From Chloroflexota bacterium (lineage in GTDB: Bacteria > Chloroflexota > Dehalococcoidia > Lucifugimonadales > JADFKI01): a DNA stretch of 64,000 bases. Positions 29,720 to 40,912 of the stretch are shown one piece after another. How positions within the stretch are numbered: position 1 is the first letter of the stretch; every line of letters begins with the position of its first letter. A program made the position numbers and the translations under genes. The notes beneath the pieces are model-generated. The model was given only the letters and a program-made list of their open reading frames with translations, was not told the origin of the DNA and ran no database searches. The stretch is taken from assembly GCA_027623195.1 (NCBI GenBank), contig JAQBUT010000005.1:78233-142232 (forward strand), read 5' to 3'.

Positions 29720-30790
29720 ATGGTCACGACAGCAGGCGAGCTAACGGTAGAGCAGGACGCTCAATGGGCCGCCATACTCGCACGCGACACTTTGTTAGAC
29801 GGGTCCTTCGTGTACGCGGTGACAACGACGGGCATCTACTGCAAGCCCTCGTGCCCCAGTCGAAAGCCACAAAGGAAGAACGTATCTATATTTGTGGTGG
29901 CGGAGCTAGCGGAGGACGCCGGTTTTCGGGCGTGCCTACGCTGCCAGCCTGACGAACATCCATCCGACGATTCGCAACTGGCTCTGGTCCGTGATACCTG
30001 CCGTCTGATACAGCAGCACGCCGACGTAACGACACTTGAATTGCTGGCGCAGCGGGTCCACGTAAGCCCCCACCATCTGCAAAAAGTGTTCACTAAGGTA
30101 GTTGGCATATCGCCGCGCCAGTTCGCGGACGCCCATCGCCTGGGGGCGCTAAAGCAGGCGTTGTTAGCGGGTAGCACTGTGGCGGACGGACTCTACGAGG
30201 CAGGCTATAGCTCCACAAGCAGATTGTACGAAAAATCCTCTGCCCAGCTTGGAATGACCCCTGCCACATACCGAAAGCGGGGCCTCAACATGCGGATACG
30301 GTACGCGTTGGCAGAGTTCGCACTGGGCCAAATGCTGGTGGCGGCCACGGACAGGGGCATCTGCGCGGTAAGCCTGGGCGACGAACAGGCATCGCTGGTT
30401 AATGACTTGAAGCGTGAGTTTCAGGCGGCTGAGATATCGCAGGGAACCGACCTGGCTCTCAAAGAGTGGCTTAACGCCGTATTGAATGCACTAACGGGGA
30501 AACGGCCCCACGGTCGCCTGCCGCTGGATGTGCAAGCGACGGCCTTCCAGCGCATGGTTTGGGAGGAGCTGCAGCGCATCCCACCGGGGGAGACCGCAAC
30601 GTATGGAGAGGTAGCGCGAAATCTGGGCAGACCTGGCGCCGCCAGAGCAGTCGCCAGAGCATGCGCCACCAATCCTGCGGCGGTGGTTATACCATGCCAC
30701 CGGGTGGTGCGCGGCGACGGCGGTCCAGGCGGGTACAGATGGGGCCTGGAACGCAAGGAGGCGCTACTTAAGGCCGAGAAGTCTGACTAA
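29720..30790 (+). CDS. ada: Bifunctional Ada regulator / O6-methylguanine-DNA methyltransferase
   Basis: GIYCKPSC...RACLRC zinc domain, AraC-type HTH, PCHRV active site. Confidence 0.95.
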   Translation: MVTTAGELTVEQDAQWAAILARDTLLDGSFVYAVTTTGIYCKPSCPSRKPQRKNVSIFVVAELAEDAGFRACLRCQPDEHPSDDSQLALVRDTCRLIQQHADVTTLELLAQRVHVSPHHLQKVFTKVVGISPRQFADAHRLGALKQALLAGSTVADGLYEAGYSSTSRLYEKSSAQLGMTPATYRKRGLNMRIRYALAEFALGQMLVAATDRGICAVSLGDEQASLVNDLKREFQAAEISQGTDLALKEWLNAVLNALTGKRPHGRLPLDVQATAFQRMVWEELQRIPPGETATYGEVARNLGRPGAARAVARACATNPAAVVIPCHRVVRGDGGPGGYRWGLERKEALLKAEKSD

Positions 30791-30814
30791 GACAAGCTCC
30801 GAAACACGACGGAC

Positions 30815-32113
30815 CTAAAGCGCCCGCATCAGTTTTCGACCGAATGCCATGGGGCTACTTTTCTCTATCACCAACGTCTCGGCGTTATGGAAACGCAGAA
30901 AATCGCGCATGGCCTCCGCAACATCTGCCACTAGGTCGTCATCAGGCTTAACCCCAGGCTCCAGGTATAGGTTTTTCAGACGCAACGTCTTTTCTTTGCG
31001 TTCCAGCTTCGGGTCGAATCGACCTACTAGCTGGCCCTTGTGAAGGATGGGCAGGCAGAAGTAGCCCCACTCCCGTATCCCCTCCGGCTTGTAGGCCTCT
31101 AGTATCTGCCGAAAGCCCCAGAACTCCATGTCCCTGTCCTTAGCCCAAAACAGACTGTCGAATGGACTGAGGAACGTCGTGTGGGCCGGCGCCAGATCGC
31201 GGTCGGCGGCTCGCTGCAAGAGACCGACGTTGTCTCGGTGCGTAACCAGGCCCCGTACGCTGCCGTCGACAGTCTGTCCTCTTATTTCCACGAACGTGCC
31301 ATCTTTGACAAGCGCTTCTATTAAGGGTCTGGACGCGGTGCGCTTCATGTGAAAGTAGTCCCCTACCTGAGCCGGGCTACAGACCCCTAGCGACCTCATA
31401 GAGATGTCCAGCAGATGCGACCCGGCCTCTTTGTGGGTGGGCAAACTCTTGTCCACCCAACTGGGGATGACTCTTTCAGGCGTGTCGTAAACGCGCTGGA
31501 ATTTCAGGCGGTTGGCTATGGCAAGCTCTCCGGAGTTGTAGAGGTGCTCCAACGCCCTCTTGGCCGGCTTCCAATCCCACCAGGGGCCTTGGCGCTTTTC
31601 GTTGCTCTCGAAATCCGCGGAACGTCGGCTGCCGTTCTTTTTAATGAATCGAAGAACTTCTCTCGTCAGCTTCAAGTTCTCAGGCTGCTCGGCCCAGTTC
31701 CGACGCCAACCTGCTAACCCATCTCGATGCGCCTTCATGGCTGGCAGCTTATACCTGTATTCCGTGAGCGGGATGATGCAGGCCGCATGCATCCAGTATT
31801 CGAACATCTGGCGACCATTCTCCTGAGAGGCGGCGCCTTCATCGAAAACGAGACGATCAAAGTCTGCGGTATCGTAAGACCCCAGGCGGCTCCACATGGC
31901 TAGGTACTGGCTTCGCTGGACCATCTGCAACGTGTCGATCTGAACCCACCCTACCCGCTTCACGACATCCAATATGGCCTGAGAGTCTGGTGGCGACCCG
32001 CCCGTTTCTCGCGCACTCAAACCCTGGCAATACACCGACAGGGCGCGCAGGGCATCCAGAGAATATGGCGTTGTGGACAGGGGCGACGAGGTCAAATTAG
32101 CATTTCCATTCAA
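30815..32113 (-). CDS. YcaQ/AlkZ-family winged-helix crosslink-repair DNA glycosylase
   Basis: VQIDTL...SRLG, FEYWMHAA, FLSPFD, GYFCLPIL...GRFDPK. Confidence 0.85.
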   Translation of the reverse strand: MNGNANLTSSPLSTTPYSLDALRALSVYCQGLSARETGGSPPDSQAILDVVKRVGWVQIDTLQMVQRSQYLAMWSRLGSYDTADFDRLVFDEGAASQENGRQMFEYWMHAACIIPLTEYRYKLPAMKAHRDGLAGWRRNWAEQPENLKLTREVLRFIKKNGSRRSADFESNEKRQGPWWDWKPAKRALEHLYNSGELAIANRLKFQRVYDTPERVIPSWVDKSLPTHKEAGSHLLDISMRSLGVCSPAQVGDYFHMKRTASRPLIEALVKDGTFVEIRGQTVDGSVRGLVTHRDNVGLLQRAADRDLAPAHTTFLSPFDSLFWAKDRDMEFWGFRQILEAYKPEGIREWGYFCLPILHKGQLVGRFDPKLERKEKTLRLKNLYLEPGVKPDDDLVADVAEAMRDFLRFHNAETLVIEKSSPMAFGRKLMRAL

Positions 32114-32293
32114 ATAAGTTGCGGAGAATCTTGACAGCGAGTCTACCTGTTTCGCCTGCTCTATTCAATTCATTCAAGCCAAGTTTCAATAGATGAACCG
32201 CGCCACGTTGACCTCCTGTATGCCAGTTTGTACGATACCGCAAATAGCGAAAACGCTCGATAAACGAAATTCCTTTTTTGGCGGGGGAGAATA

Positions 32294-34033
32294 ATGTCTT
32301 CCGAAAACTCAAGCGACAGGGTGATGGTTGATACAGGTGGTGAGGCCTTCGTGGAGATGATGAACTCCAACGGAGTAGATTGCCTGTTTCTAAACTCAGG
32401 CACGGACACTTTCCCAATACAGGAGGGAATCGCCAAACTTCGCGATCAGGGAAGGCCAACCCCCAAGGTAATCCTTTGCCCGGACGAAGGCACGGCCATC
32501 GCGGCGGCCCACGGTTACTACAACGTGACGCGCAAGCCGCAGGTGGTGCTGGTCCACGTGGACGCGGGTACCATGCAGTTGGGCGGCGGCATGCATAACG
32601 CACAGCGAGGCCGCGCCGGCATCGTGCTCTGCGCTGGCCGTGCCCCCATGACATTCGAAGGCGAAATGGCTGGCGGCAAGGACATGAACATCCACTGGAT
32701 ACAGGAGCAGCTTGACCAGGCTGGCGCATTAAGGAACTTCACCAAGTGGGACTACGAGATACGCCGCACCGAGAATATGCAACACGTAATGCAGCGAGCA
32801 TTTCAGGTGGCGGGGTCCGAACCAACCGGCACTGTATACATGATGCTGCCACGAGAGGTCTTGATGGAGCGCATGCAGGGAATGCCCTCCATCCCGGCAC
32901 GTCGGCACGGCGCCCCAACGACACCTCAGGCCGACCCTCAGGCGCTACAAAACACAGCCGAAGCGTTAGTTAACGCACAGCACCCGCTGATCATCACCGG
33001 ATACTCGGGACGGCACCAGTCCACAGTGGCAGCCATGGTCGAATTGGCAGACCGCATTGGCGCGCCTGTAGCCTCTGACCCCATACACATGTGCTTCCCA
33101 TCGAGCCATCCTATGTATGCAGGCAGGTATGCGGAGCCGTACATATCGGATGCCGACGTCATTCTAGTCGTCGACCAGGACATCCCATACATACCCGCGC
33201 ATGGAAAGCCAAGGCCGGACGCTCGAATAATTCAGATCGATATCGACCCCGTGAAGGAAAGCATACCTTTGTGGGTGTTCCCCACCGACGAGATGATTCA
33301 CGCAGACTCGTCCAAGGCGGTGCCGGCCCTGGTAGAGGCCATCGACGCTCTCTTGACGCCGGCAGACCAGGCACGGGTGGACGAGCGATACCAGCTTATA
33401 AAAGAGCGTCATCTGCGCCAGCGGCAAGAGGCTCGTGACCTGGCGCTTTCCCATTCGCAGCGAAGTCCAATCACCCCGCAATGGCTCAGCTACTGCATCG
33501 GACAGGCGATAGACGAGGACACTATATTAATTGACGAATGCGTCACCAATGGCGGCCACGTTGATACTTATATACCAAGGGACAAGCCAGGCACTCTGTA
33601 CCGCAGTGGCGGCTCCAGCCTGGGTTGGGGACTTGGGGGCGCAATGGGCACAAAGCTGGCAATGCCCGACAGCACTGTAGTGGCAGTAGTGGGAGACGGC
33701 TCATTCATCTACGGGCACCCCACCTCTACGTTGTGGGCCTCCGACGTACACGACGCCCCATTCCTCACGGTGATTTACAACAACCAGTTGCATAACGCAG
33801 CAAAGCAATCGCTTATACGAGGATACCCCGACGGGGTCTCGGTTCGACAGGACAATTTCGTTGGCGTGAACCTTGGCCCGTCCGTGGACTACGCAATGCT
33901 GGCGCAGTCGTGCAGAGCATATGGGGAAAAGGTAGAAGACCCGTCAGAGGTTAGGCCCGCATTAGAGCGCGCATTGGAGCAGGTCCGTGGAGGCAAATCA
34001 GCGGTTCTGGATGTTAGGATAGAGCAGCCCTAG
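32294..34033 (+). CDS. Thiamine pyrophosphate-requiring enzyme
   Basis: NSGTD, PDEGTA, VHVDAGT, GDGSF...NN TPP motif. Confidence 0.9.
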   Translation: MSSENSSDRVMVDTGGEAFVEMMNSNGVDCLFLNSGTDTFPIQEGIAKLRDQGRPTPKVILCPDEGTAIAAAHGYYNVTRKPQVVLVHVDAGTMQLGGGMHNAQRGRAGIVLCAGRAPMTFEGEMAGGKDMNIHWIQEQLDQAGALRNFTKWDYEIRRTENMQHVMQRAFQVAGSEPTGTVYMMLPREVLMERMQGMPSIPARRHGAPTTPQADPQALQNTAEALVNAQHPLIITGYSGRHQSTVAAMVELADRIGAPVASDPIHMCFPSSHPMYAGRYAEPYISDADVILVVDQDIPYIPAHGKPRPDARIIQIDIDPVKESIPLWVFPTDEMIHADSSKAVPALVEAIDALLTPADQARVDERYQLIKERHLRQRQEARDLALSHSQRSPITPQWLSYCIGQAIDEDTILIDECVTNGGHVDTYIPRDKPGTLYRSGGSSLGWGLGGAMGTKLAMPDSTVVAVVGDGSFIYGHPTSTLWASDVHDAPFLTVIYNNQLHNAAKQSLIRGYPDGVSVRQDNFVGVNLGPSVDYAMLAQSCRAYGEKVEDPSEVRPALERALEQVRGGKSAVLDVRIEQP

Positions 34034-34140
34034 CGTTTCTGAGAAACGCGTGTCAGTTTTAGTGAGCAAGGTCTAGGACGGGCACCGGACCGAAGCCTTC
34101 ATTTCGGCTCCCGACCTGCCCTGTTTGCCTTGAACGTATT

Positions 34141-34899
34141 ATGTTCATCTTGAGCCCATCACCCCAATTGAGGATAGCATTAGGCCTGCCCTGCCTGATC
34201 GTTCTTTTGGCCGTGGCCTTCGCCTGCGCCACAACGCCAGAACCAGACAGGAACCGGCAAGGACCGAACGACGTATTGCCGGTCACGTCCCCGGTATCAG
34301 GTGAGCCAGGGTTCGTGCCGCACATTCGGACCTTTCGCATAGTTCCAGAAGCGTCGGAGGCCCGGTACGAGGTCGACGAAGAGCTCATATTCCTGGGCAT
34401 ATCTCTGAACCGGGCAATTGGTCGTACCTCGGAGCTAAGCGGCGAATTCAGCTTCTACCAAGACAGCACGGATGAACAATTTCTCGTGGTCACGTCCGGT
34501 CATTTCCAGGTGGACCTCAGCAAGCTGAAAAGCGACGATACACGCAGAGACGAACGAATTCGAGACCAGTGGCTTGAATCGTTCCGCTTTCCACTGGCGG
34601 TCTTCGAAGCGAAAGAGGTAGGGGAGTTCCCAAATGACGTTCTGGGTGTGACTACAAACGCCGTTAACTGGACATTTGAACTCAAAGGAGACATGACCGT
34701 GCGAGAAGTAACCAGGGAAGAGACCCTGGTGGTGCAGGTAAATATAATCGACGGAAACATGGATGGCACCGTAACCACGCATCTGAAGATGAAGGATTAC
34801 GGTTTCAGCCCTCCGAATATATCCGGACTAATGAAAGTCGAAGAGGGCGTTGATGTCGTTGTGGAGTTCCGCGCCGAAGAGCTATTAGCGTCTCGATAA
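34141..34899 (+). CDS. YceI-family lipoprotein
   Basis: Lipobox AFA-C; SEARYEV, LKSDDTRRDE, FPLAVF, GDMTVREVT. Confidence 0.8.
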   Translation: MFILSPSPQLRIALGLPCLIVLLAVAFACATTPEPDRNRQGPNDVLPVTSPVSGEPGFVPHIRTFRIVPEASEARYEVDEELIFLGISLNRAIGRTSELSGEFSFYQDSTDEQFLVVTSGHFQVDLSKLKSDDTRRDERIRDQWLESFRFPLAVFEAKEVGEFPNDVLGVTTNAVNWTFELKGDMTVREVTREETLVVQVNIIDGNMDGTVTTHLKMKDYGFSPPNISGLMKVEEGVDVVVEFRAEELLASR

Positions 34900-34925
34900 T
34901 AGCGTATGGTCCGAAGACAAACGGC

Positions 34926-35390
34926 TTATGATGCCTCGGAAAGGCTGATTCGAATATTCAACCTGCCTGCTTCACTGTTAAATCTAACCAGCACTGGTGA
35001 ATCCCCAGGCGTGACCATATTTCTACCGGCTGGCTCGATGATAACGGGCGGAGCTATATCGCAGACGTATCCCTCCGAAGCTAACTCCGTTGCGGCGTTA
35101 CCCGTAATCATATTCGCTAGCTCCCCCAGTATGGACAGGCAGACATCGTCTACCTCCTCCACTGGCTCGCCCATCATTTTACCGGCAATTGACAGAGCAG
35201 AGGCGCTTCCAAAGCCATAGAGTACATTTCCCTGAAGTTTGCCGCTTATACCTATAACAGCGATAATGTCCTCTGGTGTGTTGACCTCTGGCACAGGTCC
35301 AGCGTCCAAAAGCTCCAGTTCCATACCTAGCTCTTTTTCCCACACGAGCTTCGCCGGATTCAGGAAAGCGTTAACGTATTCCTGTTTCAT
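34926..35390 (-). CDS. cheX: Chemotaxis phosphatase CheX family
   Basis: YVNAFL, IGISGKLQG, GELANMITG (ExxN), DIAPP. Confidence 0.85.
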   Translation of the reverse strand: MKQEYVNAFLNPAKLVWEKELGMELELLDAGPVPEVNTPEDIIAVIGISGKLQGNVLYGFGSASALSIAGKMMGEPVEEVDDVCLSILGELANMITGNAATELASEGYVCDIAPPVIIEPAGRNMVTPGDSPVLVRFNSEAGRLNIRISLSEAS

Positions 35391-35906
35391 GATCACCTTT
35401 TCCGTTGGCATATTCCTTGCAAGCTCGTGCTGTACCCTGAATTGGGACGCATTTACGCAAATCGCCATAAATTGCGTCTTTGCGTAACAGACAGCACCAT
35501 TACCCTATCCCAATAAGCCTTCCACCATACCCAGGAAACTCACAGTCGTTTGTACTCCGGTATGACTACATGCAGGGCTTTGGACCTGTGTATACTCGCG
35601 GTGTTGCCATATTGCCTCTTCGCCTCGCTCCGGCCCTTGTAAGGTGTAAAATGAGGCCGCATCCGAGGGATTAATGCATAAAGTAACACCAAGTCATTGG
35701 CTGCCGTGCCGAAAGGGTATGTTTATTTTGGCTAATGTCCTTTCCCACACGAACCTTATACCTAATCCAAGACATCTAATAAATTGCCCAGCCTTTCCGG
35801 TGGGATGCGCCTGTGTTATAGTTTCTTAGAGTATCAGGTGACGTAAACGGCCCCTGTTCACAGCATGGGAAACCGGTTCGGCACATATCAGGAGAGCAAC
35901 CAAAAT

Positions 35907-37403
35907 ATGGGATTGAGGAGCGCAATTGGGCCACTGCTTTCGACGCCTCAGCGTCGTGCAGTGCTAATAGCTCTAACGTCTGCATACATGCTGGTGCAGC
36001 TCTCGAGCCTGCCCGTGGCACTGGCACTACCTAGCCTGGCAGACTATTTCGACACAGGCCTGGATGAGGCCGCATGGCTGGTCATCATCTACCTTCTGGC
36101 TCTGGGAAGCTTTGTCCTGTTGGGCGCGCGCCTGGGTGACCGATACGGCCATGCGAGGGTCTTCTTCGTCGGCCTGATATTTGCCACGGCGGCATCCGTC
36201 TTAATCGCCACGTCCACCAGCCTGCTTCAGGTCATTATCTGGCGTGGAGTCACTGGGTTGGGCTCCGCTCTGGTCATGGGCAATGCCAATGCCATACTGG
36301 CTGGAGTGTTCCCAGCGGAGGAACGCGGTCGAGCATTCTCCATACCTATCGTTGGCGCCAGGTTCGGCACTCTTGCCGGTCTGGCCTTATTCGGTTTCTT
36401 TCTGACATTCCTCAGCTGGCGACTGGTCTTCTTCTCCTTCTTGCCCCTCGGTATCATCGCGTTAGTCCTGTCTTATCCGATGCTAAAGAGCTTGAAGCAT
36501 GAGAAGCCCGTCAACCCAGGGCGAATAGATATCTTGGGGGCTGTTCTGCTGATAGGCACAGCAGCCGTCCTGATACTGTCCGGCAACCACCTGCACGGGG
36601 GCGAGGAGACCTTCGTTAGCAACGAAGGTCTTGGGTACCACCTGCCGATGCACGGTCTGTTCATAGTTATGCTGGGCGTCTTCATTCTTGTGGAGCGAAA
36701 AATAAGCAGTCCCATCGTGGAGTTGCACCACTTCAAGAATAAGTACTTCTCCATGGCGCTGATCTCGAACACGACGTACCACCTGTCCATGTTGGCGACG
36801 ATGACAATGGTGCCCATCCTGGTGGAGCGAGGTTTCGGCATGGCGCCACTGTGGGTTGCCGTAGTGCTTCTCCCAAATCAGATTATGGGCATGATTATGC
36901 CTTTTGCTGCAGGTTGGATCTACGACAGGTATCAGCCCAAGTTACTTCGGCCCGGGGCTATGATTGCCATAGCTGGTGGCTTCCTCATCTTGGGCACATT
37001 CGCCGGTAGCGTGCCGATCTGGGGTCTTCCCTTGCTTATGCTGCCAATATCAATAGGCACATCTATATTCAACCCTATCAATAACGCCGCAGTGATGAGT
37101 TCACTTTCGGGGGATGCCAGAGGCTTCGCATCCGGCATGTTGGAGACGACACGGGAGATGGGTCACGCCCTGGGCGCGACGCTGTCTGCCACCGCGCTGG
37201 CCATGGCGCTGCCAGTTGGTATCGTCCTGTTGTCGGACCTTGAAGCCCAGCCCTTCTACGTGCAAGGATTCCAGCTGGCTTCTATGCTGGTTGTGTTGAC
37301 TCTTCTCGCAGGCGGAGTCATCGCCTACTTCCACAAAACAAGCGCCCAGATCATGAGCGCTTCACCGGCTGCGGCCAGCGCATCAGCGGGCGGCGACGAC
37401 TAG
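35907..37403 (+). CDS. MFS transporter (DHA2-like)
   Basis: GARLGDRYG motif A, FPAEERGRA, many TM helices. Confidence 0.88.
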   Translation: MGLRSAIGPLLSTPQRRAVLIALTSAYMLVQLSSLPVALALPSLADYFDTGLDEAAWLVIIYLLALGSFVLLGARLGDRYGHARVFFVGLIFATAASVLIATSTSLLQVIIWRGVTGLGSALVMGNANAILAGVFPAEERGRAFSIPIVGARFGTLAGLALFGFFLTFLSWRLVFFSFLPLGIIALVLSYPMLKSLKHEKPVNPGRIDILGAVLLIGTAAVLILSGNHLHGGEETFVSNEGLGYHLPMHGLFIVMLGVFILVERKISSPIVELHHFKNKYFSMALISNTTYHLSMLATMTMVPILVERGFGMAPLWVAVVLLPNQIMGMIMPFAAGWIYDRYQPKLLRPGAMIAIAGGFLILGTFAGSVPIWGLPLLMLPISIGTSIFNPINNAAVMSSLSGDARGFASGMLETTREMGHALGATLSATALAMALPVGIVLLSDLEAQPFYVQGFQLASMLVVLTLLAGGVIAYFHKTSAQIMSASPAAASASAGGDD

Positions 37404-37574
37404 TACAGCCTTCAGCGAAATCGCGAAATGCTGTCCACGCCTATCTCCAAAAGTCCCTTTCACTCATATTTACCAATTGACAACCCCTGACGCCCAAATA
37501 TAAAGTGCGTAGCGTTGTTTAGGCCAACCTTTTGGCCAGTTCAGAACATACCTCACAGCCACGGACCAACAAAC

Positions 37575-38641
37575 TTGAAATATAGATGGCGGTCTTATGC
37601 AGCAGCATTTGTCGGCATTTCCCTGGTTTTTGCACTGGGGACTCGTGGCGTAGTACAAAGTCTGACCGGGCCGGGTGACGTTGGGCTAACTACGGACTCC
37701 AGCCACTACAGTGTCGGGGACACCATTATCTTTAGCGGTAACCTGGATTTTGCCATCGGCGAGGTGGCCACCACCACTTTGGTACTGCTGGACCTTTCTG
37801 GACCACAAACCATGACCACAGGTATACCAATGCTGGCGGGTAGCCACGACCTTTCGAATCGTGCGAGCGTTCCCGGTCAGTTGCAGGTTGACGTGACATT
37901 CGTTGACATTTGGGATTTCGGAGGGGGAACCAAGGCATTCAAAGGCTTGGCCGCAGGAGCAAGAATTTTCATTCATGCGGCATGGACTCCAGACCAGGTC
38001 TCCGCATCATCAGGGGCGTACAGAGCCAGCCTTTCCGCCGATATGGAAGGAGAGCGACCATACCGCTTACCAGTCCTGAAGCGCAGTTCACGATCGCTGC
38101 AGACCCAACACCCCCTTCAGGTCAAAGCGGAGCCATTAAGGCTGCTACCAGAACCCCCACGCGCACTCCAAGGCCAACACGAACACCAACGGCTATAGCC
38201 AGCAAGACACCATCGCCAAGCCCGACTTCGACCTCAACTGCGGAGCCCACTGCCACGCCAACGCTGACAAATTCGCCAACCAGTTCGCCATCCCCCTTAC
38301 CAACGTCTACGCCACCGCCCCCGATTACGCCGATTGCAGTCAAATTTAACGCCAGCGACCTGTTGCAGTCGCCAACCTCCACGGCGACGCCTACGGCATT
38401 GGCATCACCAACGTCGTTGCCAACATCGACGCCTATCGCTTCTGCTATTGCGGCCCTTTTCACCGCAAACGACACAGCCACTCCCGTGCCGACCCCAGTC
38501 ATTTCAGTAGTCCCACAGAGCCTTGGGAATGACATCGCAGAGACAGGTTTAGGGGCACGGGCCATAGCCCTACTTGTATTGGGAGTCGCTGTCAGCGCGG
38601 GGCTGGTTTCCGTCGTAGGTATACCCCTGCTCAGAAGGTAG
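37575..38641 (+). pseudogene. Secreted beta-domain protein with Pro/Thr/Ser linker and C-terminal anchor; frameshift at ~38053
   Basis: Signal peptide and beta-rich domain in one frame; PTS-rich linker, IAETG, hydrophobic helix and RR tail in another frame. Confidence 0.6.
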
Positions 38642-38839
38642 GGTAGACCCGGAATATTTTCCGAGTAAGGGACAGGCTTGAACCTAACCCCAACCAGCCG
38701 TCGTTTCTGAACTCGGTTGCCACCAAGATACCTTTTGGTATACTCTTGGCCCAACCAAAGCTGTGGCAAGAACTTGCGTCTATAACGCCACTTAGTGATT
38801 TCACGTTAAACAGTCTAATGACCTGCAAGGAGCGATATT

Positions 38840-39703
38840 ATGGCAACCGTTGGTTCCGGAGATTACAGGTACGAACTGGTACCATCATGGCCGAATCTTC
38901 CCAAGTACTGGGAGATGGGCCTGGCATCCGACGGAGCGGTCAATTCCAAGGACGAGGTGCACATTTTCAGTCGAGGGCTGCACCCCGTAACCATTTGGGA
39001 CACCGACGGCAACTTCATCTCTTCATGGGGCGAGGGAACGTTCTCTGCCAATCCTCACGGCATCTTTATACCCGCCAACGACAACGTATGGCTGGTGGAC
39101 CGAGACTTCCACATCGCCACAGAATACACACCTGGCGGTCAGGAACTGCGCACGCTTGGTGAAAAGCTGGCTCCGTCCCCATCCTTCCAGGGCATGCCTT
39201 TCAACATGCCGTCCGGGTTGGCATACGCGCCTAACGGAGACATGTTCGTATCCGACGGGTACGGTGGCCACCGGGTGCATCGATTCGACTCCCAGGGCAA
39301 CCTTCTTCTTTCATGGGGCAAGGAGGGCACCGGCCCAGGGGAGTTCGCACTGCTACACAACATCTGGGTGGACAGCCGCAGTCGAATATTCATATGCGAC
39401 CGGGAGAACGACCGCATCCAGATATTCGACACCGAAGGCAACTTCCTGGAGGAGTGGACGGATGTGGTTCGACCAGGGGACGTCTACTTCCTGGGGGACC
39501 TCGTTCACGTTATAGAATCAGGCCCCGAGGGCGGGGTAAGCATATGGGACCTGGATCATAACCTCGTTACTCGGTGGAGTTGCAACGAGCCGTCGCCAGG
39601 CACCCTCCTGGGCGGCCACGGCATTTGCGTAGACTCTCATGGCAGCATATACGTTACGGAAATTGGGCAGGGCAAACGCGTCACCAAGTTCCAGAAGATC
39701 TAA
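38840..39703 (+). CDS. NHL-repeat beta-propeller (PAL-like family)
   Basis: PHGI, SDGYG..RVHRF, CDRENDRIQIFD repeats. Confidence 0.88.
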   Translation: MATVGSGDYRYELVPSWPNLPKYWEMGLASDGAVNSKDEVHIFSRGLHPVTIWDTDGNFISSWGEGTFSANPHGIFIPANDNVWLVDRDFHIATEYTPGGQELRTLGEKLAPSPSFQGMPFNMPSGLAYAPNGDMFVSDGYGGHRVHRFDSQGNLLLSWGKEGTGPGEFALLHNIWVDSRSRIFICDRENDRIQIFDTEGNFLEEWTDVVRPGDVYFLGDLVHVIESGPEGGVSIWDLDHNLVTRWSCNEPSPGTLLGGHGICVDSHGSIYVTEIGQGKRVTKFQKI

Positions 39704-39809
39704 TTTTCGATGCCCGGCGGACCACTCATGCCTGCGAAATGGGCCATTAAATGCCGTCCAAATGCTATTGGGCGTTAGCGGCGCATTCGGTATAAACGGA
39801 GAGATTGTT

Positions 39810-40889
39810 TTGAGATTTGGAGCGTTCTGGCAGGTGCCGGGCTCAGAGGGCCAATCAATAGCCCGAAGGCACTGGCAAACTGTCGACGAGATCGTCCTGG
39901 CTGAGGAGTTGGGTTTCGAGACGGCATGGTTGGCGGAGTCTCCTTTTTACCCGGCTCGCCAGATGTCCAACCCTCTGATGGTGGCCGTCGCCGCTGGACA
40001 GCGCACGGAGCGAATAAGGTTCGGGACGCTGGCGGCACAGGCCCCCTTACACCACCCCTTCGACATGGCCACTCAGGCCGCCACATGCGACATATTGACC
40101 AATGGCAGGCTGGACCTTTGCCTTGGAGGACGTTGGGGCTCCCCAGCCAGCCAAAGCATTGGTCATTCGGCGGACATACCGATTGAGGAGAGCCGAGGAC
40201 GTGTAGCTGAGGCCATCGAGCTCATTCGGCTGGCATGGACAGAGGAACGAGTGAACTTCGTTGGGGATTACTGGACCGCCAAGGATTTACCAGTGCTCCC
40301 TCATCCCGTGCAACAACCGCACCCCCCACTGCTGCTAGCGACAAATAGCGACTCCACATTCCAATACGCGGCAAAGCTGGGCGTCGGCATGATCGCCACC
40401 AACATGATTCAGCCAACACCAATGCTGGCGAAGCGCATGGATGACTTTCAAGCAATGAAGGTTCCGAACCAGGTGGGCCAGTACCAGCCTGCCCACGTGG
40501 CGATCTCTTTTTTCGTGGCCGAAACGAAGGAGAAGGCTCGTGCCATTGCGAGAGAGAATTGGCGTAATGAAGACATCCTGCTGGAGGCCCCTGGACAGGC
40601 GGCATCGGTTGTCGGCGCGACTAGGCCAAATTTCTCCTCAGGCGCTGGCAGTTGGGCCACATGGGACTTCGAAGAGGCGGAGAAGCACTGCATTTACGAC
40701 GACGCCGCAGGCTGCGTTGAAAGGCTCAACGAGTTGCAGCAGGCCCTGCCTCATATGGACCAGTGCATCCTGGAGTTCAACCGGCGCGGCAGGATTCCCA
40801 GCGAGTTGGTCATGGAGTCGATGCGCCTGTTTTCGGAAAAGGTGAAACCTGAATTGGGGCAGCAAGCTAGGCAATCCTCCAAACAATAA
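39810..40889 (+). CDS. LLM-class flavin-dependent oxidoreductase
   Basis: AEELGFETAWLAE, RTERIRFGT, DILTNGRLDL, PHPVQQPHPP; TTG start chosen. Confidence 0.88.
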   Translation: MRFGAFWQVPGSEGQSIARRHWQTVDEIVLAEELGFETAWLAESPFYPARQMSNPLMVAVAAGQRTERIRFGTLAAQAPLHHPFDMATQAATCDILTNGRLDLCLGGRWGSPASQSIGHSADIPIEESRGRVAEAIELIRLAWTEERVNFVGDYWTAKDLPVLPHPVQQPHPPLLLATNSDSTFQYAAKLGVGMIATNMIQPTPMLAKRMDDFQAMKVPNQVGQYQPAHVAISFFVAETKEKARAIARENWRNEDILLEAPGQAASVVGATRPNFSSGAGSWATWDFEEAEKHCIYDDAAGCVERLNELQQALPHMDQCILEFNRRGRIPSELVMESMRLFSEKVKPELGQQARQSSKQ

Positions 40890-40912
40890 ACCTGAACAGG
40901 AGCTAAAAAGAA

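Noticed and set aside
35690..35815. Possible c-di-GMP riboswitch near GAAAG elements upstream of cheX
   Set aside because: The required GCAAA/GACGCAAAG core and second stem could not be built on either strand.
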